A stretch of 64,000 nt of DNA from NCBI RefSeq assembly GCF_009914755.1, contig NC_060934.1. One strand, 5' to 3'. The notes under the pieces were generated by a model. That model searched no databases, was not told the DNA's origin, and saw nothing but the letters and a program-made list of their open reading frames with translations. Of the stretch, positions 1-16,415 are shown in pieces. How positions within the stretch are numbered: the first letter of the stretch is position 1; each line of letters begins with the position of its first letter. Made by a program: the position numbers and the translations under genes. The stretch comes from the human T2T-CHM13v2.0 reference genome, Homo sapiens.

Positions 1-201
1 GGCAGCATAAAGCCACTTCCCATTTCATTCTCCCCTGCCCCTCTCCACCACTATGTCTACACCACCAACTAGCTTCCCCCTTTTGAGCAACCAATGTTAT
101 CAGTTTCTGGTGAGGCCTGTAACTTCAGTCAGGGAGTTCTTTTTTGGGTCAAACCTTGGCGTGGGCAATCTCTCCTACCACTCTCACACCTCTCCGAATG
201 A

Positions 202-613
<412 letters not shown>

Positions 614-1178
614 TGAAGTCCTTGTGGAACGGGAGAGTGAGTTCCTGTAGGTTAATTCACAATGTCTTTACCATGAAGCTTCTGTTTCTCTAGGAGGCGG
701 CCATCCTCAGCTCTCATAGATCCCCACACTTAGAAAGTCCACACTACTTCCCTTCCACCTCTGTCTGAACCAAGCTCTCTCTGACAGCCCTGCAGAACAC
801 AGGTCTTGCGACTTCAAAATGTCGCATCACAACATTTTGTTGCCTTTTCCTTCTCTCAAAATAGAATCTTTACAGTGCTCCTTAAAGTGAAGGATGGTGG
901 AATTTTGTGGCCATATGATCTGAGAGGACGTTGTGAAAATTTTAAAAACAGGGACAGAATTTGGACTGGCTTTCAGGTTTTCCAATAGACTTTGAGTTCT
1001 CTGGCAGTAAGTCCCTCTTCCCCTACTTTCTCGGTGCTGATGAGAAGGGCACCTGGTTGGTGAAAAACATGCAAATTAAGAGGCACAGGATCAAGAGGAA
1101 CAGGCTGCTCCTCTTGAATAGAGGTGTCCGTGGTCCAGACAGCATGAGTCCTGGTTTATCATTGAGATTAATAGTACT

Positions 1179-3475
<2,297 letters not shown>

Positions 3476-3585
3476 TTTAAATTGAGCAGTTACCTAAAGC
3501 TCTACCTAAAGCTCCATGGTCAGTAAAATTCACCCACATGACAGTGGTATGTGAGGCACCTTGTAGTATGTAAAATGTGGAAAAA

Positions 3586-3885
<300 letters not shown>

Positions 3886-5469
3886 TCACTGAAGCAATGT
3901 CATGATGCCTACTGCTTATGTATTTCTGGGCTCTGATTCCATTTATGATGGGGATGAGGCATCTCTATTTGATCAGATTAGTATTTTGTAAGTTAGTAAA
4001 CCACTAAAGCACTAATTAGATTTTCTCAAATATTTGAAAAATATATGATTTGATATGAAATTTAATAAATGATTTAGTCATCCCAACAGTTGAAGACAAT
4101 AAAACTTAGTGTAAGTATAAATAGAACCAAGTTGTTATAATAAAATCCATTGATGCTTTCAAGCTATAGCTAACTTGAATTTTTACCTCTACATACATTT
4201 ATTAAAAGTAAGTTGCAAAAAGTTTACCTAAATTCCTTCTAGATAAATTACAAATGAGAACTACCTTCTCTTCTTACAAATTTGGTCTTTTGCACAACAG
4301 CAATGGCTAAAATAAATGGGGCCAAATTTTTGGAGAAAGTCTTGTTTAATTCAGAATATAATTAAAATCTCATGGAGCTTTATTGGTTTTAGTATCCAGC
4401 AGAGAAAAAATATTGAAACTCCGAGAGATTTTGAATTAAATAGCTACAACAGTTTTGTTTTATTAGTTCTGACTGTGCGAAAAAAAATCATAAGGACAAC
4501 TTTGGAAAAATCTAGTTCTTTTAGGGCCCCAAATGACTTTTAAAACAATAAAACAAACTATAAAACGTACACAAGTGATATTAAAAATTATGTAGTTCAA
4601 TAAATGTGACATTCACAAATGTGGTTGTAATTTTTTTTTTTAACTTTAGCTAAGTGAACATGGATCTGACGATTGGATGTAGAAAAGGTAGTGTTATATA
4701 GCTTAACAGAATTAAGTGCTTCAGTTTGCCAGTGAGGATTATGTAGCTGAGTTGGAATGTTTTACCAATGCCTTTTAAGATCTCCATCTACTTCCCAGGA
4801 TCTGTGGCTAAATCAAAGAAAGAGAGGATGCTTCTTTTATTAGTGATTATTTAATAACTCTATGCTAGTGATTATTTCCCTAGCATTTTAATATATATAT
4901 TTAAAATATTTGTAGATTTAGATCTTTTGGCTGGTGGCTGAATCATGCACAGAATAAACCAGTACCATAAACTAATACTGTTTCTGAAGATGGGTAATAA
5001 AGGCTGGCTAGTGATTTACTGTGAAAGCACTAAATGAATTGGAGTCATCATCTGTTACTCGCAGAGTAGAAGGGGCAGGAAAAAGGTGCACAATGAAAAC
5101 AAAGGGGAAACATTTTGTGAGAAAAATAATTAGCACAGTTTTCTGCTTAGTTTACTGAGGTCCCAATCTTTCAAGACCCAAACATAACTTGTGAAGGTAG
5201 GTTTGAACTTCATATAATAACTGTTCTTTCTTTGTCCCCAGAGCTTGTCTCTGTCCTTGGAACACAGAAGAGCACATTGAATTCATCAGGCCATGGGATG
5301 AGAATGATGACGGTGGAGATGGCACAACACTGGAGCTGACCCACAGAGGGATCAATGATTCCCAAATAACCCTTCACTGATAGTTTCCAGGGGCAAGGCA
5401 CTACCTGAAATTGTATGCAATCTTCAGAAATCATTCAAAACATTATGCCTTTAAAAAAAATGGATGGTA

Positions 5470-5792
<323 letters not shown>

Positions 5793-5998
5793 TTAAAAAA
5801 AGAAACAGTGTTTTCATTTTTTCTCATTTTTATATTGAAAACTTTCAAATCTACAGGAATTATGGTAATTTAATTGCTATGTGTAATTATAAAAAAGCTA
5901 AAATTAGAGTACAACAAATACTTGTATACTCTGAAATTATAGTACAACAAACACCTGTATACTCTTCACCTAAATTCACCAATTAATAATTTTCGATA

Positions 5999-8745
5999 CA
6001 GGCATACCTCATTTTATTGTGCTTCACTTCATTGTGCTTTGCAGATATTGCAGTTTTTACAAATTGAAGGTTTGTGACGCCCCTGCATCAAGCAAGTCTA
6101 TTGGCACCATTTTCCCAAGAACATGTGCCCACTTCATGTCTTTGTGTCACATTTGGGTAATTCTCATAATATTTATTGTTATATCTGTAATGATGATCTG
6201 TGATCAGTGGTCTTTGATGTTACTATTGTAATCGTTTTGGGGCACCACAAACTGCACCCATATAAGACAGCTAACTTAATAAATGTCGTGTGTTCTGACT
6301 GTCCTACTCACAGGCTGTTCCCCAGTCTCTTTCCTTCTCTCCTTGGGCCTCCTTATTCCTTGAGAGACAACAATATTGAAATTGGGCAAATTAATAACCC
6401 TACAACAGCCCCTAAGTGTTCAAGGAAAAGCAAGAATTGCATGTCTCTTTCAATCAAAAGCCAGAAATGATTAAGCTCAGCAAGGAGGCCATGTAGAAAG
6501 TTAAGATCCACTAAAAGTTAGACAGCGCTGTGAACACAAAGGAAGAGTTCTTGAAGGAAATTTAAGGTGGTACTCCAATGAACAAATGAATGCTAAAAAG
6601 TGAAACAGCCTTATTGATGATCTGGAGAAAGTGCAAGTGGTCTGGATAGAAGATCTAACCAGCCACAACATTCCCTTACACGAAAGCCTAATCCAGAGCA
6701 AGGCCCCAACTCTCTTCAATTCTATGAAGGCTGAGAAAGGTGAGGAAGCTGCAGAAGAAACGGTGGATGTTAGATGAGGTTGGTTCACGAGGTTTAAGGA
6801 AGGAGGCCATCACCATAACATAAAAGTGCAAAGTGAAGCAGAAAATGTTAATAGAAAAGGTGCAGCAAGTTACCCAGAAGATCTAGCTAAGATCATTGAT
6901 GAACGTAGCTACACTAAACTGATTCTACACGTAGACCAAAAAGCCTTCTATTGGAAGAAGATGCCATCTAGGACTTTCATAGCTAGTGAGAAGTCAATGC
7001 TGGCTTCAGAGTTTCAAAGGACAGTCTGACTCTCTTGTTAGGTGCTAATGCAGCTGACATTTAAGTTTAAAGCAATGCTTATTGGCCATTCTGAAAATCC
7101 TAGGGCCCTTAAGAACTATGCTACATCTACTCTGCCTGTGCCCTATAAATAAAATAACAAAGCCTGGATGGCAGCACATCATTTTACTGTGTGGTTTACT
7201 GAACACTTTAAGCCTACTGTTGAGATCTACTGCCCAGGAAAAAAATATGCCTTTCAAATTATTACTGATCATTGACAATGCACCTGGTCACCCAAGAGCT
7301 ATGATGGAGATATACAAAGAGATGAATGTTGTTTTCATGCTTGCTAACACAACATCCATTCTGCAGCCCATGAATCAAAGAGTGATTTTGATTTTCAAAT
7401 CTTATTATTTAAGAAATATATTTTGTAAGGCTATAGCTGCCATAGATAGTGATTCCTCTGTGGGCAAAGTCAAGTAAAACCCTTCCAGAAAGGATTCACC
7501 ATTCCAGAGGCCATGATTCATGGGAGGAGGTAAAAATATCATTAACAGAAGTTTGGAAGAAGTTGATTCCAGCCCTCACAGATGACTTTGAGGGGTTCAA
7601 GATTTCAGTGGAGAAAGTAATTGCATATGTGCTGGAAACAGCAAGAGAAATAGAAGTGGAGCCTGAAGATGTGACTGAATTGCTGCAATCTCATGATACA
7701 ACTTGAATGGATGAGGAGTTACTTCTTATGGATGAGCAAAGAAAGTGGTTTTTTGAGATGGAATCTACTTCTGGTGAATATGCTGTGAACATTATTGAAA
7801 TGACAACAAAGGATTTAGAATATTACATAGCTGGATGCAATGGCTCATGCCTGTAATCCCAACATTTAGGGAGGCAGAGGCAGGAGCATAGCTTGAGCCC
7901 GGTAGATCGAGACATGCCTGGGCAATGAATGGAGCAAGACTCCATTCTCTACAAAAAGGAAAAAAGAAAAAAAAAAAAGGACAAAAAAGAGAGACTATTA
8001 CACAACCATACTTGATAGAGCAGCACAGGGTTTGAGAAAATGAACTCCAATTTTGAAAGTTCTACTGTGGATAAAAATGCTATCAAACATCACCACATGC
8101 TACAGAGAAATCTTTTATGAACGGAGGGGTCAACAGATGTGGCAAACTTCATGGTTGTCTTTAAGGAATTGCCACAGCCACCCCAACCTTCTGTGCCTCC
8201 CACCCTGATCAGTTAGCACTCATCCACATCAAGGCAACACCCCTCAAAAGCAAAAAGATTATGACTTGCTGAAGGCTCAGATGATTGTCAGCAATTTTTT
8301 TTTTTTGAGATGGAGTCTCACTCTATTGCCCAGGCTGGTAGTGTAGTGGCATGATCTCAGCTCACTGCAACCTCTGCCTCCCGGGTTCAAGCACTTTCCA
8401 GCTAATTTTTGTATTTTTAGTAGATACAGGGTTTTACCATATTGGCAGGCCGGTCTTCAACTCATGACCTCAAGTGATCCGCCAGCCTTGGCCTCCCAAA
8501 GTGCTAGGATTACAGGCATGAGCTACCACTCCCTGCCAATCGTTAGCAATTTTTTAGTAACAAAGTATTTTTAAATTAAGGTATGTACGTTGCTTTTTAA
8601 GACATAATGCCATTGCACACTGAATGTAGTAAAGTGTAAAGATAACCTCCTTTACATGCACTGGGAAACCAAATAATTCATGTGACTTGCTTTATTGCTA
8701 TGTTTATTTATTGAAGTGGTCTAGAACTGAACCTGTGATATATCC
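5999..8745 (+). mobile_element. Tigger1 (pogo/Tc1-mariner DNA transposon), near full-length, decayed transposase
   Basis: Starts TA|CAGGCATACCTC (TIR). ORF fragments [25 protein letters not shown] and [11 protein letters not shown] are pogo-type DDE motifs in different frames. 3' end ...GGTCTAGAACTGAACCTGTGATATATCC is eroded into a TA-rich tract. Interrupted by a FLAM-like monomer (~7830-7990) and an Alu (~8295-8538). Confidence 0.93.
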
Positions 8746-8819
8746 CTCTTTATATATACATATATGAACATATACATAGATATGTGTGTATAAATATACA
8801 TGTAGATGTGTATGCACAT

Positions 8820-9900
<1,081 letters not shown>

Positions 9901-10569
9901 GTACTGTATAATAGAGCAATTATATTCTTACCTACCCCCAACATGCTTTAACTCGAATGATAGTGTAGTACACTTCTGAGTTTGTCTGGGCTTGTAGCTC
10001 TTGTCTGTCATTAGATTCTGAAAGATACCTATTAACAATACCCTAAAAAGATCAGGAGCCTTTAGGCCAAGTCTCAAACGTTTCAGATGAGAAAAACTCA
10101 GGGATGGTGACTTGACGGAAGTTGCATTAACTAACAACGCTCACATGCTATTCTCCGGACTTGGAATGTCCAAGCACCCTGGGCTTGCTGACACCCACTC
10201 ACTTTTCAAACATCAATTCTTGGGAAGCTTTTCCCTTCCTTAATGTCCCCCAGATAGGTGATGTCCCCTTGTTACAGGTTTTAGACCATTATGTACATCT
10301 CCTTCCTAGCACATACATATATTAAAATTTGTTTCCTGTCTCCATGAGGAGAGGGACTACATCTGTCCTTTTCACTGCTGGCACACAGTAGTTGCTCAAC
10401 AAAAATGTGCGAAGTGAAACTCGAACAGGCGGTCAGGCTCACAGTCCACGCCTCTTCCTACTGTGGTCCCGCTGTGTTTGGACAAATAGTTCCAAATTAT
10501 AAACTTTAAAACCTGAGAAGTCTCAATAGAAAAAGCAGGGAAGTCTTTCCATTTCCATGATTAATGGAG

Positions 10570-12400
10570 GACCTTAGCAGAAACGGCTCACCGCGAGGTG
10601 TGACGACCGCAGGAGGGCGTCAATCAAGAAAATGCCCCCTTGCCCCGGAGGCGAGTGGAGCCGCACAGAGCCGAGGCCATACGGGCCAGCAGTACGGACT
10701 GCTTCAATAGAAAACACGTGCAAAACCAGAGAGCCAGACTGCGCACAGCTGCGACCCTCAAGAGCCAGCAGAAAAGACACGGAGCGGCCCCCACTGGATT
10801 GAAGACTGCACAGCCTCTGCCCGGCGCTGTAGGACCCGGGCCTCCCCTTGATTGCTGCTCGCAGCGGCTTCTGCCAGCATCCTCGCGGAAGTGGCTTGAG
10901 TCCGAGGCCTCCAAATGAAACCAGGTGGAGCGGCCAAGAGTCCGCAGCACCTGAACTCCAGCCATCCGAATCCCGCCGGGCCGCAGCTAAGGGCCGCCGA
11001 GCAGCCCTAGGAACCCAGGGCACTGTCCCGCTCTGAGCTCGGGAAACGGCCGGTGTGACAGCCAGCGCCACTGTTAATCCAGGGAGCGCACCCACCGAGG
11101 AGGCGTCTTAGGCCAGCGGCCTCTGCTCCCGCCGAGTCCCGCTGCTCCCCGCCTGGAAACAGCTGCTGCCACCCCGGGCCCAGGCCTGGACGGCGCCCCC
11201 GAATTTCGGCAGAGGTGCCTCGGGGCCGCGGACAGGGCCGCTGGAGCCCGCACTCCAGAAGGCGGTCTTCCTCGCGCCTCCCCCGACGGACGCGGCCCAG
11301 GGCTTCCCTCGAGGGCGTCCTCGGCCGGGGTGCCTGGAGTCCCCAGGGGCGACAGCCGCGGCGGGGCACCAGGGCGCCAGTTCCCCGGAGCCTGGTAGCA
11401 AGCGCGTCCCGGGGGCGGGGAGCTTGGCCGGCGGGGCGGGCCGGGGTGGGGGCGGGCGGCTGCTCTTGGGGCCCCGCGCCATTGGCCGCAGGGCCCGGCG
11501 GCAGGAAGGGGCCAGCGAGCGCGGCCCCACCCCGCGGCCGGCGGAGCCTATCGCCGGGAGCGCGGAGCGCGGATAAATGTAGCGCCGCGGCGCGGGCCAG
11601 CAGCTCTGCGAGGGGCCGGAGCGCGGCGGAGCCATGCAGTACCCGCACCCCGGGCCGGCGGCGGGCGCCGTGGGGGTGCCGCTGTACGCGCCCACGCCGC
11701 TGCTGCAACCCGCACACCCGACGCCCTTTTACATCGAGGACATCCTGGGCCGCGGGCCCGCCGCGCCCACGCCCGCCCCCACGCTGCCGTCCCCCAACTC
11801 CTCCTTCACCAGCCTCGTGTCCCCCTACCGGACCCCGGTGTACGAGCCCACGCCGATCCATCCAGCCTTCTCGCACCACTCCGCCGCCGCGCTGGCCGCT
11901 GCCTACGGACCCGGCGGCTTCGGGGGCCCTCTGTACCCCTTCCCGCGGACGGTGAACGACTACACGCACGCCCTGCTCCGCCACGACCCCCTGGGTAAGG
12001 CGGCCGGGCGAGGGTGGGGGCGAGGAAGCGCCACCCGGCAGGTGGCAGCGCCCGGGAGGCCGAGGGGGCGAAGGGGGCAGGCGGTAGACGGCTGTGGCAA
12101 AAGCGATGGAAAAGCAGCTGTCTGGCACGCGCGGGGACGGGAGGCGCGCGGCCGGGGCTGACCGCACCGTGACTCAGATTGGTTTTCCTGCACCTTGCAG
12201 GCGTCGGGGCGCGCGGGCCGGCGGTAGACCTCGCGGCGAGGGCAGCCGTGGACCGCGCGTGTTACCCGGGGTGGGGCTCCCTTAGCGGGAGGGACGGGGA
12301 AAGGGGCGTCGAGGCGCCCCTGGCCGGCCCCCGTGGGGCAGGGATCGCAGCCGGGCCCGGGTGGCTACGGGGCTGGACCTGGTTCAACAGGCTTGTGCAG
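10570..12400. promoter_or_regulatory. HHEX promoter/exon 1 CpG island
   Basis: Very GC- and CpG-dense. GC boxes (GGGGCGGG ~11412, ~11433), inverted CCAAT (ATTGG 11481-11485), CACCC ~11528, TATA-like GATAAAT 11572-11578 about 55 nt before the ATG. Confidence 0.93.
11634..11994 (+). CDS. HHEX: HHEX exon 1 coding part (aa 1-120 + 1 nt; proline-rich N-terminal repression domain)
   Basis: GGAGCCATGC Kozak. Translates MQYPHPGPAAGAVGVPLYAPTPLLQPAHPTPFYIEDILGRG..., recognisable HHEX/PRH with an eh1/TN Groucho-binding motif (FYIEDIL) and a YxxxxLL eIF4E-type motif. Donor CTGG|GTAAGG at 11994/11995; 361 nt (phase 1). Confidence 0.99.
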
Positions 12401-12499
12401 TGAAAGAGCCTGACCCTTTCCGTTCATACAGGAAATCTTGAGTTCTCGATAGGAGTAAATCTGGTTTCAGAAGCTGTTAAGTGTTTTCCTGGCTGCATG

Positions 12500-13450
12500 A
12501 AGCAGACCCTTCCCCCGGAGTAGTGCACGCTGCTGATTATTTTATCGACATCCTCAATACAGACAAATTCAGGAAACACTCGACTTCTGATAGCCGGGAT
12601 CCGTTTTTCTGATATTGTTCATTTCCTCTGTGTGGGATGTGACTTTATGGCAGCTAAAATAACCAGTTGCTTCCTATTTTTTTTCGAGGCTGTTTTGCAC
12701 CAGTCTGAAGCCTGACGCAAGCAAAATCTCGAAAAAACAATGCTAGCTTTCAAAGCGTTGAGGTGCAGGCCTGCAGACGGACGGACGGACCGACCGACAC
12801 TACTTTGGGAGTAGGAAGCAGCAGCTCCTGGTCGCCAGTTAGGAAGGGAAGCAGGGACACATAGGGCATATATTCCAGAACTTCGGGGCTTGTCCCCTCA
12901 ATGTGCGGCCTAACAAATAAGCCGCCCGTGGTCCGCGCTGTGGGTGACCCTTGGCGCCTTCGAGGTCTGGAGCCCTAGGGTAAATAAGGAAACGGGGCGC
13001 CTCTAGAGTTTTAAATGAACTCTGTTATTGGAAGCTTCAGTAGGGACCCTGAAAACAATTAACGTCTTAATTAGCATTTTAATGTCTCCATTATTACGGC
13101 GCGGGCTCTAGCTCAGCCCTTTACCTTACCTTCTCACCGTTAACAGGGGAGGGGGATTGTATTTTTAGTTCATCTTTTTATGTTTTTGAGTTGTTATCCT
13201 GTCTGTCTGATTCCAGCCTCGAGGGTTTGATGATGCGGCCCGAGCCTGGCTGTGGTCGCCTGTCGGGGCTGGAGCGGGACCCTCAGCCGGGCCGGGCCTG
13301 GGGGCTAACGTTTTCACAGTGCGCCCTGAGTTTCCTTGGGTTACTGCTGGGACCGCGCAGGAGGAAGCAAAGAGTTTTTCGAGCTAGACCAACAGGAAAC
13401 ACATTGACGGAAATGTTGCCATAGCCCATGGGGTGGCTTTAACTGGCCGC
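12500..13450. promoter_or_regulatory. HHEX intron-1 haematopoietic (+1) enhancer region
   Basis: Clustered ETS cores (GAGGAAG ~13361, CAGGAAA ~13393, CGGAAAT ~13409), back-to-back MYB sites CCGTTAACAG ~13137-13146, GATA sites (TGATAG ~12588, TTATC ~13195). An intron-1 blood enhancer is established for Hhex/HHEX; boundaries approximate. Confidence 0.65.
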
Positions 13451-14320
13451 CCCCGCGGGCTGGGTGTGAAATCAGAGGAGGCCGCGGCTCCCCCGGCCAG
13501 GATTGGAGGCTCCTCGCGCAACCTAATGCGGGTGTCCGGGCCCGAGCGCTTCCCGCGCAGCCAGGCCTTGTCGGTGCAGCAGCCCCGCTCCTCCCCAACA
13601 CGCACACACCCGGTGTTCGCAAGTGCGGCTCACCAAGGGAGATCCAAGGGGGCAAAAAGTTATGTATAAATCCGAGAGCCACTGGGGAAAGAGGGTCGTG
13701 GTATTGTAAGCCCAGCCGGTAGTGCCCATTCTTTTTGGGGTTAAAGGTATGTCTGGATTTAGTTCTAGGTGTGACGGCTGTGTGTCTGTCTGTGTGTGTA
13801 CAAGGCTGTGTGCATCTGCGGTGTCAGTGTGTGACTTTGGGTATGTTTGTGTGTCGGTGGGAACGTGTTAGGTCCACGTGCCGGTGGGTGTATGTGAATG
13901 TGTCTGGTTGGGTGGCCTCCTGGCCTACCTTTGTCATCCCTGGGGCCCGACAGCTCTGGGGTCTGGCCAGGCCGCTCCAGGGCAGTGGGTGAGCGCCGCT
14001 CTTCCCGCTCGCAGGCAAACCTCTACTCTGGAGCCCCTTCTTGCAGAGGCCTCTGCATAAAAGGAAAGGCGGCCAGGTGAGATTCTCCAACGACCAGACC
14101 ATCGAGCTGGAGAAGAAATTCGAGACGCAGAAATATCTCTCTCCGCCCGAGAGGAAGCGTCTGGCCAAGATGCTGCAGCTCAGCGAGAGACAGGTGAGCT
14201 CGCGGGGGGCCTGGGGCCGCCTCCGGGGAAGGGAAGGCTTCTGGGGTAGGGGTCGCCGGGCCACCGAGAGAGAGGCGAGGAGCCACCCTGCCCTCTGGCA
14301 CGTCCCGACGCGGGCTCGTT
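13200..14320. promoter_or_regulatory. Intragenic CpG island (intron 1 3' part to intron 2), interrupted by a TG-rich tract 13770-13910
   Basis: High CpG/GC content visible directly. Confidence 0.75.
14015..14193 (+). CDS. HHEX: HHEX exon 2 (homeodomain N-arm, helices 1-2)
   Basis: Acceptor CTCGCAG|GC completes the Gly codon; KPLLWSPFLQRPLHKRKGGQVRFSNDQTIELEKKFETQKYLSPPERKRLAKMLQLSERQ; donor CAG|GTGAGC; 179 nt (cumulative 540). Confidence 0.99.
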
Positions 14321-14348
14321 GCAAGTTTTCTTTCTCTCTTTCCTGTAG

Positions 14349-14399
14349 GTCAAAACCTGGTTTCAGAATCGACGCGCTAAATGGAGGAGACTAAAACAG
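14349..14399 (+). CDS. HHEX: HHEX exon 3 (51 nt; homeodomain recognition helix 3)
   Basis: Polypyrimidine tract + TGTAG|GTC; VKTWFQNRRAKWRRLKQ; donor CAG|GTATGG; cumulative 591 nt. Confidence 0.99.
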
Positions 14400-14499
14400 G
14401 TATGGACATGGTTCTGTTTCTATGGAAATAAATATTTTTATCACGTTATCTCAGTGCAAGGCTGTTATGGGTTGTATGCAAAAGTCATTTAAGAGACTA

Positions 14500-15150
14500 T
14501 TTAACCTCTTCACCTTGATTAAAAAGACAAATAGTCCTGCTGAAATTCAGGATGAGTTGCTCAGGTGGCAGTAATGCTAAAAGCACCTAATGGGGTTCCT
14601 ATATCAATTATGCTTGGGTTTTCACACACTGGCTAGTAAAACTCCCAGCTAATTGTTTTATAAATCCCATATGTTGTTTATCTAATTAACGCAGGAAAGA
14701 TAAAGTAATTGACAGTAAATGACTTAAGCAGTTATCTTTGGGAGAAAATTGTTTCTTTTATTTACACAGCCATAATAAAACCAGGCAGAACTCAAGGGTA
14801 AATATAAAGAAACAAACACCTTTAAGTCTTGTTTGCACTGTTTTTTAGAAGAATTAAATGTCAGGGAGTTTAAAAATTATTTTCTATCTAATGCCAGCTC
14901 TTAAAATGAAATATAAAACTTGTAAGAAAATATTCAAGCCTGTTTGGAAAGTAGCTTAAACTTTCTGACAGTCTTTCTTCCAGTGACCTTGTTTCGCAAT
15001 ATGTGATAAAAAGTAAAGGCTAATTTAGTTTTTAAAAGAAGGTCTATTGACTTAAAGCTAAACATTCATTTTTGATGTCCTAATCTGGATATACTCTCCA
15101 AAGTTATCTGATAATTGCTGAATTGTTCACTTGTCATTGTATATACGGTT
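14500..15150. promoter_or_regulatory. HHEX intron-3 endoderm enhancer candidate
   Basis: Dense FOXA-type (TGTTTAT, TATTTAC, GTAAATA, AACAAACA, TGTTTGC) and GATA (TTATCT x2, AGATAA) motifs within 14670-14840. An intron-3 anterior-endoderm enhancer is known in mouse Hhex. Confidence 0.6.
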
Positions 15151-16193
15151 TATAATAAATACTTTGAAACAATGAGTGGAGAAATTTAAAGCAAAGTGGA
15201 TTTTAAAATTTATTGATCATTACTTTTTCATTAAAAAGAAAGTGTCCCAAAGAATATTTTGAAATAGAAAATAAAATTCCCATAACTTCATTACTGTAAT
15301 GTGATTTAAATATTTGCAGATCCACTCTCAATTTCTGACCGTGTGCATCTATTTGTTGAGACTATAAGGCTTGCAACTATATAACAAATAGATGTTGTAA
15401 TATTTCTATGTAGTATTTATATGCATTTTAGACAAGTATAGGATTAAAAATTCACTAGCTTATATACTTAATAGTTTTTGGTCAAAGGCTTGACTCTAGT
15501 TTACCAGAGACCTTAAAAATAGTGGTTTCTATGTAATATGGGGATATTTCCCAGAAATTTGCCCCAGATTTTAAGTAAATTGTAGCTAATTGTCTACCTT
15601 CTCAGTTGGCAGCATTCTTCCAGATCCACATTTTTTTTCTTTGCCATGATTTTGTAACTTGTTAAACATTTACACATGTAGATGTTTATAAATTTACTCC
15701 AGAAAATGAATGAAAAAAGATCCAGTCTAATAATTGAAACTTTATTCTTAATTCACCAGTTAGCATTCTTATTTTTAAAATGTCTGAAAGACTGTTAATT
15801 GGCAAGGTTTAAATATTTAAAGAATGAAGTTAAGGTGTATCTGTAGTGATCTGATTTTCTTTCCCCCTTAAACTTTTGAGAATATTGAAACCATGGGTCT
15901 GGGCTGGTGTTAAGTAACCAGAATTTGTGTTCAATTGGTATAATGTATCTGCCCTTATGTTCATGACTGGTTCTCATCTTTTAAGCATATAATCTTTGAT
16001 ATGACAGAAACTTTTCTTCCAAAGTGAGCAAAAAGCACAAGTATGTATCTCCTGAATAAGATTATAAACTGAAAACACTCAGTAAACTAAAAATTAAAAG
16101 ATGGAATAGGATGAAGAGACATTTTGATTTATTCCTCTCACCTATCCATATTTTATGATCCTTCCAATCTCCATTTTCATTTCCTTTATTCAG

Positions 16194-16415
16194 GAGAACC
16201 CTCAAAGCAATAAAAAAGAAGAACTGGAAAGTTTGGACAGTTCCTGTGATCAGAGGCAAGATTTGCCCAGTGAACAGAATAAAGGTGCTTCTTTGGATAG
16301 CTCTCAATGTTCGCCCTCCCCTGCCTCCCAGGAAGACCTTGAATCAGAGATTTCAGAGGATTCTGATCAGGAAGTGGACATTGAGGGCGATAAAAGCTAT
16401 TTTAATGCTGGATGA
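16194..16415 (+). CDS. HHEX: HHEX exon 4 coding part (acidic C-terminal domain)
   Basis: Acceptor TTTATTCAG|GAG; ENPQSNKKEELESLDSS...DIEGDKSYFNAG then TGA TGA. Total CDS 361+179+51+222 = 813 nt = 270 aa + stop. Confidence 0.99.
   Translation, partial: ENPQSNKKEELESLDSSCDQRQDLPSEQNKGASLDSSQCSPSPASQEDLESEISEDSDQEVDIEGDKSYFNAG

Noticed and set aside
5152-5460. Exon-like unique segment with short ORFs and a minus-strand acceptor-like TTTTTTTTAAAG
   Set aside because: No recognisable protein similarity or coherent exon chain; cannot be supported from sequence alone.
6826-7706. Transposase-like ORFs as a possible domesticated TIGD gene
   Set aside because: Fragmented across frames with stops and Alu insertions; an ordinary dead Tigger1.
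11995-12161. Extension of the 175-aa ORF beyond ...RHDPLG
   Set aside because: Read-through into intron 1; the consensus donor at 11995 and exon-phase arithmetic give exactly 270 aa.
11007-12167. 386-aa minus-strand ORF and other long ORFs overlapping HHEX exon 1/promoter
   Set aside because: Stop-poor because of very high GC; low-complexity R/G/P/A; partly the antisense shadow of the real exon; no recognisable domain.
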